A stretch of DNA of 64,000 nucleotides from Octopus vulgaris (GCA_951406725.2 OX597828.1:49724001-49788000), one strand, 5' to 3'. Shown: positions 38,036-51,160, counted from the first letter of the stretch. Numbers and translations: made by a program. The notes: generated by a model from the letters alone, not told the origin.

Positions 38036-40374
38036 CTAAGCAGAAACAGACCAATTAAACACTGTCTTTGGTGGAAGTGCATGGCTTAGTGGTTAGGGTG
38101 TTGGGCTCATGATCGTAAGGTTGTGGTTTCGATTCCTGGAATAGGCAATGCATTGTGTTCTTGAGCAAAACACTTCATTTCACGTTGCTCCAGTCCACTC
38201 AATAGGCAAAAGAGAGTAACCCTGCAACAGACCAGTGTTTGATCCAGGAGGGGAATAAACATGTCATGAAACCGGGAAAACAGCCCTTATGAGTTGGCGC
38301 AACTCAAGAAGGTAACTTTACCTTTACACTGTCTTTGAATGATGGAGATAACCCTAATACATTCTAACTCATTTGATGCCAACCCACCTGAGACCACACC
38401 TGTTTATGTGATACAAATTTCCTGTTTTACTGTGATCTTTAATTAAAACCGTCCATTAAAATTTCATGTTTATTTATGTTCTAAATACTAGCTTAACCCT
38501 GTAGCATTTAAACCGACCGTATCCAGCCCAAATATTCTACATGTTTTATGTTCAAACTGGCTTGATCTGGCCTCTCATACTAACCATATAATGTCATTAA
38601 ATGAAAAGTCATTTTCATCATCATCAACATCTAATGTCTGGTTTCCATGCAGATATGGGTCGGATGGCTTGGCAGGGACTGGGAAGGCCAGAGGCTACAC
38701 CAGGTTCCACAGCCTGTTTTGATATGGTTTCTACAACTGAATGCCCTTCCTAATACAGAGTGTACTGGGTGCTTTTTACATGGCACCAGCACCAGTGCTT
38801 TCACATCATTAACACCTCAGTGCTACAAGATAATGCAGGATTAATTCAAAAGAATTTGAATAGGTAAGCTTTACATTTCACTGAGTAATCTGAATGCTAA
38901 AAGGTGAATAATGACAAAATTACTTTGCTAAATTCTTCATTATTTTCGAAATTAGATGAAACAAAAGCAGTCTATTTCAACAGAAAAATGATAACAAAAG
39001 AGATAACATAGATGTGCATGCGTGTGTGTGTGTGTGTGTACGTGCATTTGTGTATCTTTTCTTCTATCAAGTTAGTGATGAAGTAATTATGTTAGATTTT
39101 CATATGTTGATAGATGAAATTACAAAAAAAAAACAATATAGGATCAGTGAGCTCTATGATGTAGAGCAGACTTATCCAACCCCAACATTGATGTGGACCA
39201 TTACAACAACAACAACACAGATAATTATGATGATGAAGACAATGACAAGAAGCATGTTGTGATCATTGTTGTTGCTGCTCAGCCCCAGGCCCGCCCTCAT
39301 CAGAAAGCTGGACTGAGACATACACAGTTAATTGCCCTTGTGTAGTTCACCATCTATAATGACCTTCTCAGAACAATAATGGTAACAGAAATGATGAAAT
39401 CAGAAATACCGCAATATAGACTGTAACAATTATAACGATGTATGTGATTGCGTCTGAGATTGAGTTCCATTAAGGAATCCATACCATTCAGTTTCTCACC
39501 ACAGTGATAGTAACATGTCATGATATTTCCATATACACAGTCTGAAATAATGTTATGATACAACCATATATATTACATCATCATCGTTTAACGTCCGTTT
39601 TCCATGCTAGCATGGGTTGGACGGTTCAACTGGGGTCTGAGAAGCCAGAAGGCTGCACCAGGCCCAGTCTGATCTGGCATGTTTCTACAGCTGGATGCCC
39701 TTCCTAATGCCAACCACTCCGTGAGTGTAGTGGGTGCTTTTTATGTGCCACCTGCACAGGTGCCAGACAAGGCTGGCAAACGGCCACGATCGGATGGTGC
39801 TTTTTATGTGCCATAATAAAGTTATAACATAACGGCAGTAATAAAGTTATGACATCACCATATCATAATGACTGTAATAAAGTTATGACATTACCAAATG
39901 TAATACAATGACTCAAACAACTATACACTTGTATAACAGTCACAGTAAGGTTTATGACACCTCCATATACTACAAACGCTGTAGTAAGATTAGATTAGTC
40001 TCTCTCTCTCTCTCTTATAAAATCAATTTGCCATATTCCTTTTCCAATGAATATCTAAAACTAGAAATGTCCAACCAGTGCCAGCACGGAAAACAGATGT
40101 TAAATGATGAGATATGACTGGGCCTCGTTTTTGTTGGTGAACCATCTTCAATGATTGCTGCCAATAACAAAAGAGAGACGTTTGATTTTTTTATTTGATG
40201 AATCTATAGGAAAGGGCAGAGCCCTATAATTTGGGTTGATCCTTTCTGAGACTCATGAATTCTATGTTAATAGTGTTCCGTGTAAATGGTAGCAGATCAA
40301 CAGCTGCAGGAGGAGGAGGGGGTCACCTGGGTTACATAAAAAGCATCAAAGAATTCCTTTGAAAGGAAACAACA

Positions 40375-40410
<36 letters not shown>

Positions 40411-40465
40411 GTGCGCGTGTGTGTGTGTTGTGTGTGTGTGTGTGTGTAAAAAGAAGTTGATTTAC

Positions 40466-40527
40466 CTGCAAATTTCGTTGAAGCTGAGATAGAGGCGTTG
40501 AAGAGAAGGGAGACAATCGATGTCTAA
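40466..40527 (-). CDS. LRRC49: LRRC49 LRR exon (LDIDCLPSLQRLYLSFNEICS)
   Basis: Matches vertebrate DVDNLPCLQHLFLSFNNISS. Confidence 0.93.
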
Positions 40528-40874
40528 CTAGAAAAGAAACCACAATGATAAGCTGTTAGAGTTGGTTTGGACTCAACCAAGAATTATTTCATGGATTTAC
40601 AGAAAGAATTTTGGGTTTCATTAAAGAACTTTCTTCACTGTCAATCAATTAATCAATAATTGTTAATTATCTCATGCAAATGAAATAAAAAAACTCAATT
40701 TTTTGACAGTCCTTAACCCTTTAGCATTTAAACTGACCATATCTGGCCCAGATATTCTACCTATTTCACACTCAAATTGGTCAGATCTGACCTCTCTCAT
40801 CAACCCTACAATGTCATTCTAAAACTATTCAATCATATCATTGAAATTTCAAAGCTATAAGATATTACTAACAA

Positions 40875-41247
40875 TAACTCTGAGCACCTTTTCAAACTCC
40901 ACCTGTCTAACACCTGTGGACATGTTTACAAAGTCAGAAAACAACACAGCTCCCATGACTTTTGGAAACATTTTTTCACGCTAAGAGTTGCTGATGCATG
41001 GAACAGACTGCCGGCATCAGTTGTTAGTTGTCGGAGCACTGCATCCTTCAAAACTTCCATGCTTCCTGAGATTCACCAACACTACACCTGATTTTCTCCC
41101 CTCCATACACATGCAAACATGTATCTGACTCATACACTGTTCACTTTCCAGACATTTGTACATTACTGCATATGCTTTATACATACTTTTGACAAGTTGT
41201 GGTGCACCTGAGCACTGTATACAATAATTTCATTATTATTATTATTT
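40875..41247 (+). mobile_element. CR1/L2-clade LINE 3' fragment
   Basis: KVRKQHSSHDFWKHFFTLRVADAWNRLP-type ORF2 C-terminus and (ATT)n tail. Confidence 0.8.
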
Positions 41248-41255
41248 AAAGTATG

Positions 41256-41779
41256 TGTAGCGTAACTGATATCCTCACTGTTTGAAAGACATATTAAAAA
41301 TGATCTCGTGTTAGATAGCAACCGTCTTTGGCTAGTTTGACCCTGTTGTGTCCACTGCTCTGATTGGTTGGTATTGGCACAGTTTGTCTTTTGACTTATT
41401 TCACGCCAGTGTGTAAGCCAACCAATCACGGCCTTCGGATAAGGTCCACTTCATTTGAGCCACTTTAACCCTATAAAAAGGCGAGATCGATAGACTATTA
41501 TTCGTCTTTGGCTCTAGACCTTCTAAGTTCTAGTCACTGACCACAGAGCACTCAACCATGTTCCAGCAACACTGGTCTTAGGTTCCAGTCCCTTTCAGGA
41601 CTAACCTCTGACCACTGAGTGACTCAGCCATGTTCCAGTTCTAGCGACAGACGACCAGTCAGCCAACCATGTTCCTGATCCAGCCATGATGATGCTAATA
41701 TACACCAGCAGTGTAGGATGTCTCCACCACCATCGCCATTACCACCGCCAACTCCTTACATACGGTCGTATTCCCTACA
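41256..41779 (+). mobile_element. Solo LTR (Gypsy-like)
   Basis: TGTAG...CTACA termini; 4-bp TSD TATG; CCAAT boxes and TATAAAA at 41472. Confidence 0.8.
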
Positions 41780-42895
41780 TATGATTAAACAATATGAATA
41801 AAGAAACATTACATTTAGCAGAATAATCTGAATGCTAAAGGGTTAATATAAAGACATTGACCTCTACGACACAAACATACTAGAAGTGAAGGTCAGTTTG
41901 CTCAGAGGTGAAGATCAGTGTTGCTGTGATATTGGGTTGGTTCAATAGTCTTGTAGCTAGGATTTGAACCTTTACCACTTGATACTCAGTTAGAGACCAC
42001 GAGTGAGCCACCACAGATTCACATGATTGATCTATAAATCACCCAATCAGTCTGAAGCTGTGACATGATATGGCTTTCTCAAATGTTCTAAAATTTAACC
42101 CCTTGTCATATACAAAAACTGTCTCGTTGCTTTGGCTTATCACAAAATGTTGATTCGCATGCTTCATCTCTTGCCAGACAACTTGAGATATTTGAACGGA
42201 GAACTCCAGGTGCTTGGACAGACCCATTCCTAAACATTCACACAATGTCTCATAACTAACTAGATAGCAGATCTTCTAGGAACTTTTCCTGAGATCCCGC
42301 TATTTCTATGGCTATTTGAACCCTGGCGACAAATATAGCATTCAGATTTTTCTATCAAATATAGCAGCACTCCGTTAGTTACGACAACAAGGGTCCCAGC
42401 TGATACAATCAACGGAACAGCTTGCTCGTGAAATTAACGTGCAAGTGGCTGAGCACTCCACAGACATGTGTACCCCTAACGTAGTTTTCAGGGAGATTCA
42501 GCGTGACACAGAGTGTGACAAGGCTGGCCCTTTGAAATACAGGTACTACTCATTTTTGCCAGATGAGTGGACTGGAGCAACGTGAAATAAAATGTCATGT
42601 TCAAAGACACAACACGTCGCCAGGAATTGAACTCATGACCTTACAATCATGAATCGAATGCCCTAACCACTAAGCCATGCACCTTCACAAATATAATACT
42701 TATTTATTCACATTCATTTGAATTTGTCATGCATTATTTTGTAGCTTTGAGATTTTGATGATGTGAACATTGATTTTTTCAGAATGACAGTAGGGTAGAT
42801 GTTAGAGGCTGGATCTGGCCAGTTTGGCTGTTAAAGGGTTAAACAACGATAACAACCAGAACAACAGCAATATATTATTTTGAAATGTCCCTTAC

Positions 42896-43039
42896 AACAC
42901 TCTGTATACGATTGCGTCTGAGATTGAGTTCCATTAAGGAATCCATACCATTCAGGTTCTCGACATGTTTAAATAAATTCCCAGCCAAATTCAAGACACG
43001 TAGTTCTGACAAATGGTTCAGATTCGTAATCTCAGAAAT
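42896..43039 (-). CDS. LRRC49: LRRC49 LRR exon (ISEITNLNHLSELRVLNLAGN...LNLRRNRIQSV)
   Basis: LRR consensus; 144 nt, phase 0/0. Confidence 0.95.
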
Positions 43040-44646
43040 CTGAAGAGATAAAAGGAAAAATAAAATTAAAAGTATAAAAAAAATAAAACAAAGGAAGAAA
43101 GATAATTGGCAAGGAATTTTGAAAATTAAATTATGTTGTACTAAATATTCAGACAATGCCTAGATGCAGGTTTGAACTCAGCACCCACTGCTCAGTAATC
43201 TGTAAGTGGAGGAGCTAAAAACTAATTACATAATCACAGTTAAGTTATCTGGTCAATCAATTTCTCCTTTTTTCTTTTGGTATTAAAGATTGTTTTAATT
43301 AACAACATATTTTTACTGGAAGAAAAGAAATATAAAAAAAAAATTAGAAGTATAAAAGATGAAATTATCAAAAAAAAAAACAACCCAAACCTAAACCTAC
43401 CTGAAAAGAAAAAAAGTAAAAAAAAAAAGGAGGCGGGGTCAGTGGAATTAAGCATCAGAAGACGGGGGAGAAGGAGTAATCGGTGGTACACACCAGAACA
43501 ATTTACATGTTTAACCATGTCTCGTGGACATGATTTCATGCTCAACTATTCTCCATCTCACTGGCCAAATGCCCATGATACAGTCTTCTTTTGATTCTTC
43601 AAAGTGGAATAGTTAAATGACATGTTTCTGTTTTCTTTATACAAGTCTTTGCATTTTTATTGAACTCTGTCAGATCTTCTAAGCTGCATGAGTTGGGTTG
43701 TAGAAGAAAGACAAAGTGCTGCTCCTTAGAATGGTCTGCTTCTCCACATTCACAGGTGGCTGGGCCAGTCTTGTGGCCCCATCTGACCAAAGCAACTTTT
43801 GATCATTCCATTCTCATTCTCAAGTAGTTAAGTGACTGCCAAGGAATCCATGGTGCTTCTGAACCAGGATAGAGATCTCCAGTAGGGTGAAATTCCAATG
43901 TTAAATGGACGAAGATTGCTCTTAAGCTTTTCTTTCCAGAGCACAGTAACACAACATCCATGAATCTGTGAAGGTGTGTAGTCTAATGGTTAAGGTGCTC
44001 AGCTCATGATTATATAGGCTGTGGGTTCAATTCCTGGATGTGAGGGGAAGGACAGTTGTGTCCTTGAGCAATACCTTCATTTAGTGTTACTCCAATTTAC
44101 TCATTGGTAATTAAGTGCTGAAAGCCCATGTCCAGTTAGTTCACTGTCATCAATTCACCACAGGAAAAGCTCATCAATTCACCATTTTATCTTCAGTAAA
44201 ATATTTAAAAACTATTATTAATGATGAGATGTGTGTGTGTGTGTGTATGTATATGTGGGGGTGGGGTGCTTTGTTTTCTTTTACCCTTTAAAGCTTGACA
44301 ACCAGGACTGGTTTGTTTATGTCCCCATGACTTGGTGATTCAGCATAATGAGTCAAATAGAATAAGTACCAGACTTTAACTAAATACTGGGGCAAAACAA
44401 AAACAAAAAAAAAGCATTCAAAGCAGTGACCTTGGATAGTTTCAGTCCAATGACTGAATGAAGAAAAATAACAGAACAAAAAAAATAAATGAATACACAC
44501 ACACACACATGCATGCAGACAGACAGATAGAATGTTATGTATAAGCAGTCTATAAAAGATCACACTGAAAAAAAAGACAATTTCTAAGAACTAAGAAGTG
44601 TTACATGTTTAGAGAGGGTAAAAATTAAGAATTTATCCATTCTTAC

Positions 44647-44713
44647 CTGATTATTATGTAAATCAAGAACATCAAGTTTTGGCAAAGAATCAAGATTTTG
44701 TATCTTTTTTATT
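44647..44713 (-). CDS. LRRC49: LRRC49 LRR exon (IKKIQNLDSLPKLDVLDLHNNQ)
   Basis: LRR consensus; phase 2 to 0. Confidence 0.95.
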
Positions 44714-44902
44714 CTAAAATAGAAACAAAAAGTCAAAAAAGCAAGTTTCGAGAATATTCCAGTAAAATTACAGATTGTTAACTCCTTCCCATAATCTTTT
44801 CCACCGTCACCATCCTCACAAACCCCTCTCAGCCACCACCACCACCGCTGCTGCCACCGCCGCCACTGTCACCCACTACCTGTATTTAAGTAAGTTTCTC
44901 AC

Positions 44903-45106
44903 CTATTTTTACCCAGCATCAATACCCTCAGTGATTTCAGGTGGCACAGACCATCAATCTCTTCAATTTGGTTGTCGTAAAAATCCAGAAAAATCAATTT
45001 GTTCAGGTAATTAACGTGTTCGATTTTCTTGATTAGGTTGTGTTGATAGTTTAACAACCTCAAGGGTTCTTCTCCCTCCAATATCGGACACACTGTGAAT
45101 CGGCGC
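44903..45106 (-). CDS. LRRC49: LRRC49 LRR exon (RRFTVCPILEGEEPLRLLNYQHN...LRVLMLGKNR)
   Basis: SDS22-like LRRs, strong similarity to LRRC49. Confidence 0.96.
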
Positions 45107-45184
45107 CTAAAATAGAACATATTGCTTTGGTAAGAAACAGAGAGACAGACGCACACACACACACACACATACACATACATGCAC

Positions 45185-46021
45185 AACCCGAAAATTGGCA
45201 GAAAGCCTCAACCTCTCAAAATCTGCCATTCATGAGCACCTGGTAAAGCTTGGGTACACAAATCACTACGATGTTTGGGTACCACATGAGTTGAGTGAGA
45301 AGAACCTTTTGGATCACATTTTCATCTGTGATTCGCTTTATAAACGGAATGAAAACGTGCCTTTTTTAAAACAATTTGTGACAGGTGATGGGAAATGGAT
45401 TATCTACTGAAATGTTCAGATAAAGCGATCCTGGAGTAAGCAACATGAACCATCCTTAGCCACCCCAAAAGCGGGTCTTCACCCTAAAAAAGTTTTGCTT
45501 TGTGTCTAGTGGGATTGGAAAGGAATTCTGTACTATGAGTATCTCCCAAGTAACCAGACAATTAATTCTGAGAAATACTGCACACAACTGGATGAATTAA
45601 AAGGGAAACGTCCAGAATTGGTCAACAGGAAGGGTGTTGTTTTCCAACATGATAATGCAAGACTGTACGTTTCTTTGGGAACCAGACAAAAATTGCTGCA
45701 GCTCAGCTGGGATGTGTTACCCCACCTCCATATTCACCAGATATTGCTCCATCGGGTTTCCACTTATTCAGGTCTCTGTAGAATAGTCTTAATGGTAAAA
45801 ATTTCAATTCCTTGGATGATGTAAAAAGATACCTTGATGAATTCTTTGCCATGAAACCACCTCAATTCTGGGAAGTGGATATTTTCAAGTTAAAGGAAAG
45901 ATGGAGACGCATTGTGCAACAAAATGGTTCATATTTGGTTGATTAAAAATGTAATGACAAGTACTTATTGACCTTTTTCTTTCCTTTAAAAATCGGCATG
46001 AACTTTCTGGACAACCCAATA
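45185..46021 (+). mobile_element. Mariner (DD34D) transposase remnant, mellifera-subfamily-like, 5'-truncated, in an LRRC49 intron
   Basis: WVPHEL, TGDGKWI, HPKKVLLCV, RKGVVFQHDNAR and YSPDIAPS motifs with stops and frameshifts; 3' TIR ...GGACAACCCAA followed by TA. Confidence 0.93.
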
Positions 46022-46094
46022 CTAAAAACTATGTCATAGGATTATATGAACCACAACAATAAACAGACAGACTGGATGTCTCCATTACTCTTAC

Positions 46095-46200
46095 CTGTCT
46101 AGATTCAACCTATCTGGGTTGATGGATTTTTCCTCAGCTGTTCTATAGAGCACTGGTACCCCTGGTGAGATAGGGTTCTCCATGGATAGAACTCGATCCC
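46095..46200 (-). CDS. LRRC49: LRRC49 exon (GDRVLSMENPISPGVPVLYRTAEEKSINPDRLNLDR)
   Basis: Matches the LRRC49 pre-LRR segment (vertebrate RSSEEKILYSDRLSLER). Confidence 0.92.
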
Positions 46201-47985
46201 CTTGCAGTCAAAAACAACAAAATAAAACAATAACAACAATCACAAAGATAAGTTTTCAGATTTAAAGTTCAGGCTTACATACATTCATCTTACCAATGCA
46301 AAATGGGTAGTATACGTTTGTAAATTCATATATATCATTATCATCATCATCATTTAATATCCATTTGCCATGCTGGCATGGATTGGAGAGTCTGACATGA
46401 GCTAGTAAGGCTGGGAGCCACACCAGGCTCCACTGTCTGCTTGACATGGTTGCTATGGCTGGATGCCCTTCCTTGTGCCAGCCACTTTACAGAGTGTACT
46501 GGGTGCTTCTTATGTGGTACCGGCACTGACAGGGTCACCAAATAACCTGCAATAAAAAGACCCTGTCAGCTGAGAGGAGGGAGTAGTAGAGAGTGAGGGG
46601 GAGTGCTTGGTGACAGTTGATTAGAGATTAGAGGGACAGGGATAGATGACATAAAGACATATCTCATCATCATCGTTTAACATCCGTTTTCCATGCTAGC
46701 ATGGGTTGTATATATATATACACATGCATGCATGCATACATACATACATAAATCCTTTCTATAATAGGTACAAGGCCTGAAATTTGGGGGGGAGGGAGCT
46801 AGTCGATTAGATTGACCCCAGTACACAACTGCTACTTAATTTATCGATCCCAAAAAAATGAAAGGCAAAATTGACCTTGGTAGAATTTGAACTCAGAACG
46901 TACAGACAAACCAAATGCCACTAACATTTTGCTAGCCATGCTAATGATTCTGCCAGCATACATACATAAATAAATGGCGGTGCCCCAGCATGGCCACAGC
47001 TCATGAGCTGAAACTAGAATCAATCAATCAATCAAATAGACACACACACACACCACACACACACACACATACACATGTATATATTTAATGTAATCTGCAT
47101 AAAAATTTCTTGTGTTTCTCCGTCAGTCATGGAGCTGGATATTCAGAAGGACTTTTGAAATTCTGTTGTCACTCATTCTGACAACATGGCAAAGCCATTT
47201 TAATTGGGATTGCAAAAGAAAGGATTCAATACCACCAATTTCCCATTAAGAGATAGGTCGGTATTCAAAATTCTGTCATTCAGTCTGTCTCTGCAAATTG
47301 TCCAAAGACATCAATTGTGACAGATATCATGTGTGTGTGTGTGTGTGTGTGTGCCTGCGTGTTTGTGTATATACACACACATGCATGTGGCTGGAAAGCA
47401 AACGTCTTAACCACACATCCACACATGCTTATATAAACTTCTGTCAACTTGCGTTCAGAAGCAATGATGGATGTATCACAAATTCCATTAATTATAAAAT
47501 TCATTTGACATTATTCCCATTGTTCCAGATCTTTTAAAACAAATCTCTGTATATATAAACAACAAAATGTCTGTGTGTGTGTGTATCCTTTATACAAATC
47601 CACAATTTTTCAGTTAGAGGGTTTGCACTTTCTATGGTCATCCAAAACCGTCCAAGGGTGGTCGTGCACATCTTTACATTTCCCCAGTTACCCAACAAAG
47701 CAATTAAAAAATCGATAGAAGTGACTTTTTGGTGAATTTTCTATCCAAAACCCAATCAAAATGCCCGAAACTTGATACGCCGATTGAATGCCAGCTAGCT
47801 GTATGTGATTGGTCGGAGATTTTGACAGTACTTGCATGTATGTGCGCACGCACGCAGCTGTATAGGTATGCACCAGCACTATATAAAGTTGCAGCTCCCA
47901 TACCAGTATTACTGATATTGTATATCACACATTATATATATGTTGTATATCACCAAGCTAAAGATATCAAATAGACATATCAAAC

Positions 47986-48180
47986 CTGGTGAAAATGTTG
48001 GGTAGTTTTTTTGTAGGTTCGATGTTTTGGGAGAGAATGATGTGTTTCTGCACGTGTGCTGTGGGTATCTGGCATCTTCATCAACAGACAATGGTTCTGG
48101 ACTGCTGTGTTCTGATGATAATGTGTTGCTTTGATAGAGATGCCGCTGTGAACGGGTTCGATGATGAAGTGGCAATTTCT
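47986..48180 (-). CDS. LRRC49: LRRC49 exon (KLPLHHRTRSQRH...PTFSP)
   Basis: ttctccag acceptor; phase 1/1; open frame. Confidence 0.8.
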
Positions 48181-48341
48181 CTGGAGAAAAAAAAATATAA
48201 TATATATATATACACACATATACATATGTAAACAATTTTTTGTATCATTAAATTACTAGAATGGCTTTTCCATGATGATTTTTAAAATTATAGTTCTGGA
48301 AATATAAAGAGGTTAAATAGAAAGCAATGACATTTTCTTAC

Positions 48342-48459
48342 CTGCCAGGTGATTATAAGGATAATTACTGGACATCCAATAACGCTTCATCATGAGGTCT
48401 GGAGCTAACTGGGCAGCTTTCAGTACAATGGTCTCTCGTCCTTGGTTAGCTGCCCCTGA
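48342..48459 (-). CDS. LRRC49: LRRC49 exon (SGAANQGRETIVLKAAQLAPD...)
   Basis: Open frame resembling vertebrate SGRAANN; G|gtaaga donor. The acceptor could instead be at 48488. Confidence 0.7.
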
Positions 48460-49604
48460 CTTAGAGATGTAAAAATAGCATTTCAAAACTGTGGATGGGA
48501 AAAATAACAGAATTTTTAGAAAAAAAAATTAATGGGAAAAGATGGACACAGAAATGATTGTGTGGTTCAGAAGTTCATTTCAGGTTCAATTCCACAGTAC
48601 AGTACCATAGGTACTTGATTATAGCAGAATGGGTATATGTAAACTGTGAAGAAACCCATCAAATAATCCATTTTTGTTCTCAAGATTAATCCATTGTTAA
48701 GTTCATAACCACTACTTTGCCCTTATTTGGATCAGCTATGTAAATCCAAAAAAAAAAAAAAGGATCAGAGCCACTATTATTTCTCCTCTCATTAAACAAT
48801 TTAACTATCTCATTCTTGGGCCACTGGGTCTAACTTTACCCTCCACTAGGCTCCTGAGCAAAATAATAGATAGTTGCATACACATCTGAAGAGTAACAAT
48901 TGCAAGCAAACTAACAGATGGAATTGGCTGCATCTTCTTTTCGTATGTGTGTTGTTTATTACCATTTTACAGGGAATCTGGCAGAGATGACACTTAACCT
49001 ATACCCACTGTAGCAGGAATATGGTATGACAGGGCTGAATTAAAATTTTCAGAACAAATTCAAAATCAAGAAAGCTCAACTTCCAAGGAGTCAAGTATGC
49101 AATCTGGTCTCAATATCAAATGATAATTATTTTCATTCACTTATATCACTAATGCTTTTCAGAAAAGCATGAAGACCACAACAACCCACTCTCCTTTATG
49201 CATTTGAGATCATCTGTTTCTAGAGGAGGAGTAAGTTGATCCCAGAAGTATGAAAGGCAAAGTCAGCCTTGGCAGAATTTGAACCCAGAACGTAAAGACC
49301 TGGAAGAAATACCTATTTCTTTACTACCCTCAGAGGGGCTAAGCACAGAGAGGACAAACAAGGACAGACAAACGGATTAAGTCGATTATATCGACCCCAG
49401 TGCGTAACTGGTACTTATTTAATCGACCCTGAAAGGATGAAAGGCAAAGTCGACCTCGGTGGAATTTGATCTCACAACGTAACAGCAGACGAAATACAGC
49501 AACACATTTCGCCCGGCGTGCTAACGTTTCTGCCAGCTGGCTGCCTGGAAGATATACCGCTAAGCATTTTGTCTGAATCGCTAACTATTTTTCCAGCTCG
49601 TCAC

Positions 49605-49652
49605 CTTAAAATTGGAAAATAATAATTTTCGCCATCTGCCACACGAAATCAT
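49605..49652 (-). CDS. LRRC49: Candidate first coding exon of LRRC49 (MISCGRWRKLLFSNFK)
   Basis: Resembles the vertebrate N-terminus MIPGKYR; AAG|gtgacg donor, phase 0. Confidence 0.5.
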
Positions 49653-49996
49653 ATGAATGACTGAGCGATCGATGGAAGTGGAAGTGGAGACAAACAGGAA
49701 AGATCGCCTTATACTGGTGAACAATATCTCAAGACTAATTCTAGCAATTCCGACTGAAGACTTTAATGCCAACCAACTTACACCAACACCACATTCACAC
49801 ACACTCTTCGACTCTGTATTTCTCTTGATATTCAATGGCCTTGCTGCAATAAATTTTGAAATTGATCTTTTATCTTTTACTTGTTTCACTGTGGCCATGC
49901 TGGGGCTTGTTTCGAAGAATTTTTTTCGAACGAATCAGCTCTATTACATTTTTTTTTTTTATTTTTAAACCTGGTACTTATTCTAACATGAAGTTT

Positions 49997-50806
49997 GGGC
50001 AGACGAAAAGAATGTGGACCGCACCTGCTTTCGTTTTTTTTTTTTTTTTTTGACAGAACCCCCCATTTTCGAGTACGGAGATTCTGATTCTGCGAAAAAA
50101 ACGGCATTTAAAAATTTTTATTTTCCCCGCCACCCAAATTCTTCAAATACATTTTTGGCGATCTTTCGTCTCTAGTAGACCTTTCCGTCGATTTCCGTAA
50201 AATTTTTTTTTTTTTTTTTACATATGGGCTTGCGGGAACTTTTGAAGTAATATACATACATATACACCGAGTAAAAAATTTCAGTTATCTCTTTCTTTCA
50301 CACATTACTGTCTCTTCATACACACTAACAGAAGCACTTCACTTACACAACATACTGTCTGTCTCCTACACCCCATCAAACACACACACACACACACGTA
50401 CATCAATGCTTCCCATGCACGGTAACTTAAAAAGAACTTCCCTCGTCATACAATCGCTTTCTCTTAGTCTCTTTCGCTCTCATTACTTTAAAAGTTCCCG
50501 CAAGCCCATATGTAAAAAAAAAATTTTTTTATGGAAATCGACGGAAAGGTCTACTAGAGACGAAAGATTGCCACATTTTTTTTTTTAATTGAAATTTTTA
50601 CAAATCTTTTTTCAGAATCTTCAGAAGAAAGTGAAAATTGAAGAATTTGGTGGGGTGGAATTAAAATTTTAAAATGCCATTTTTTTTTTTCTTTTGCAGA
50701 CTTAGAATCTTCGTACTCGAAAATGGGGGATTCTGTAACAAAAAAAATAGAAAAGAAAAAGCAAACAAAACGAAAGTGGGTGTGGTCCACATTCTTTACG
50801 TCCTCC
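49997..50806. mobile_element. MITE with long (about 250-330 bp) TIRs in the LRRC49 5' region
   Basis: Inverted arms (e.g. TTTCGTCTCTAGTAGACCTTTCCGTCGATTTCC and its reverse complement); exact 8-bp TSD TGAAGTTT. Confidence 0.9.
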
Positions 50807-51160
50807 TGAAGTTTGTATGGTAGAAACAGAGTGAGTTTCACGGGATGCTGTAGTTTTCTTTTTGCGTTTTATGCGCGGCAAGCACCTGTTTACTTATCAA
50901 TTATTTAACGTACGACAGAGTTATCGGACTTGGAATCATTGGGAAACGATATCAAAATAAAAAAAACATAACAAGTCACCTCTACAATAAAAATAAAATT
51001 TCTCAACTAAAAGATGTTCGTTCTGCTGCGAAAAAGGGGATGAGTTCTGGTTGATCATCGATACCTTTCTGTCAATAAGTTTGTTTTTTTAAATCTATTT
51101 CTTCGTCAACTTCTTTCCAAGTACAATTAAACTCTCAACACGTTTGAATTATCTGCCCTT

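Larger units (their letters stand above)
40714..41846. mobile_element. piggyBac-like MITE (TTAA-CCCTTTAGCATT...AATGCTAAAGGG-TTAA) carrying a nested LINE tail and solo LTR
   Basis: TTAA target and CCC/GGG termini; further copies at about 17048-17273, 22490-22703, 29548-29752, 42340-42842. Confidence 0.8.
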
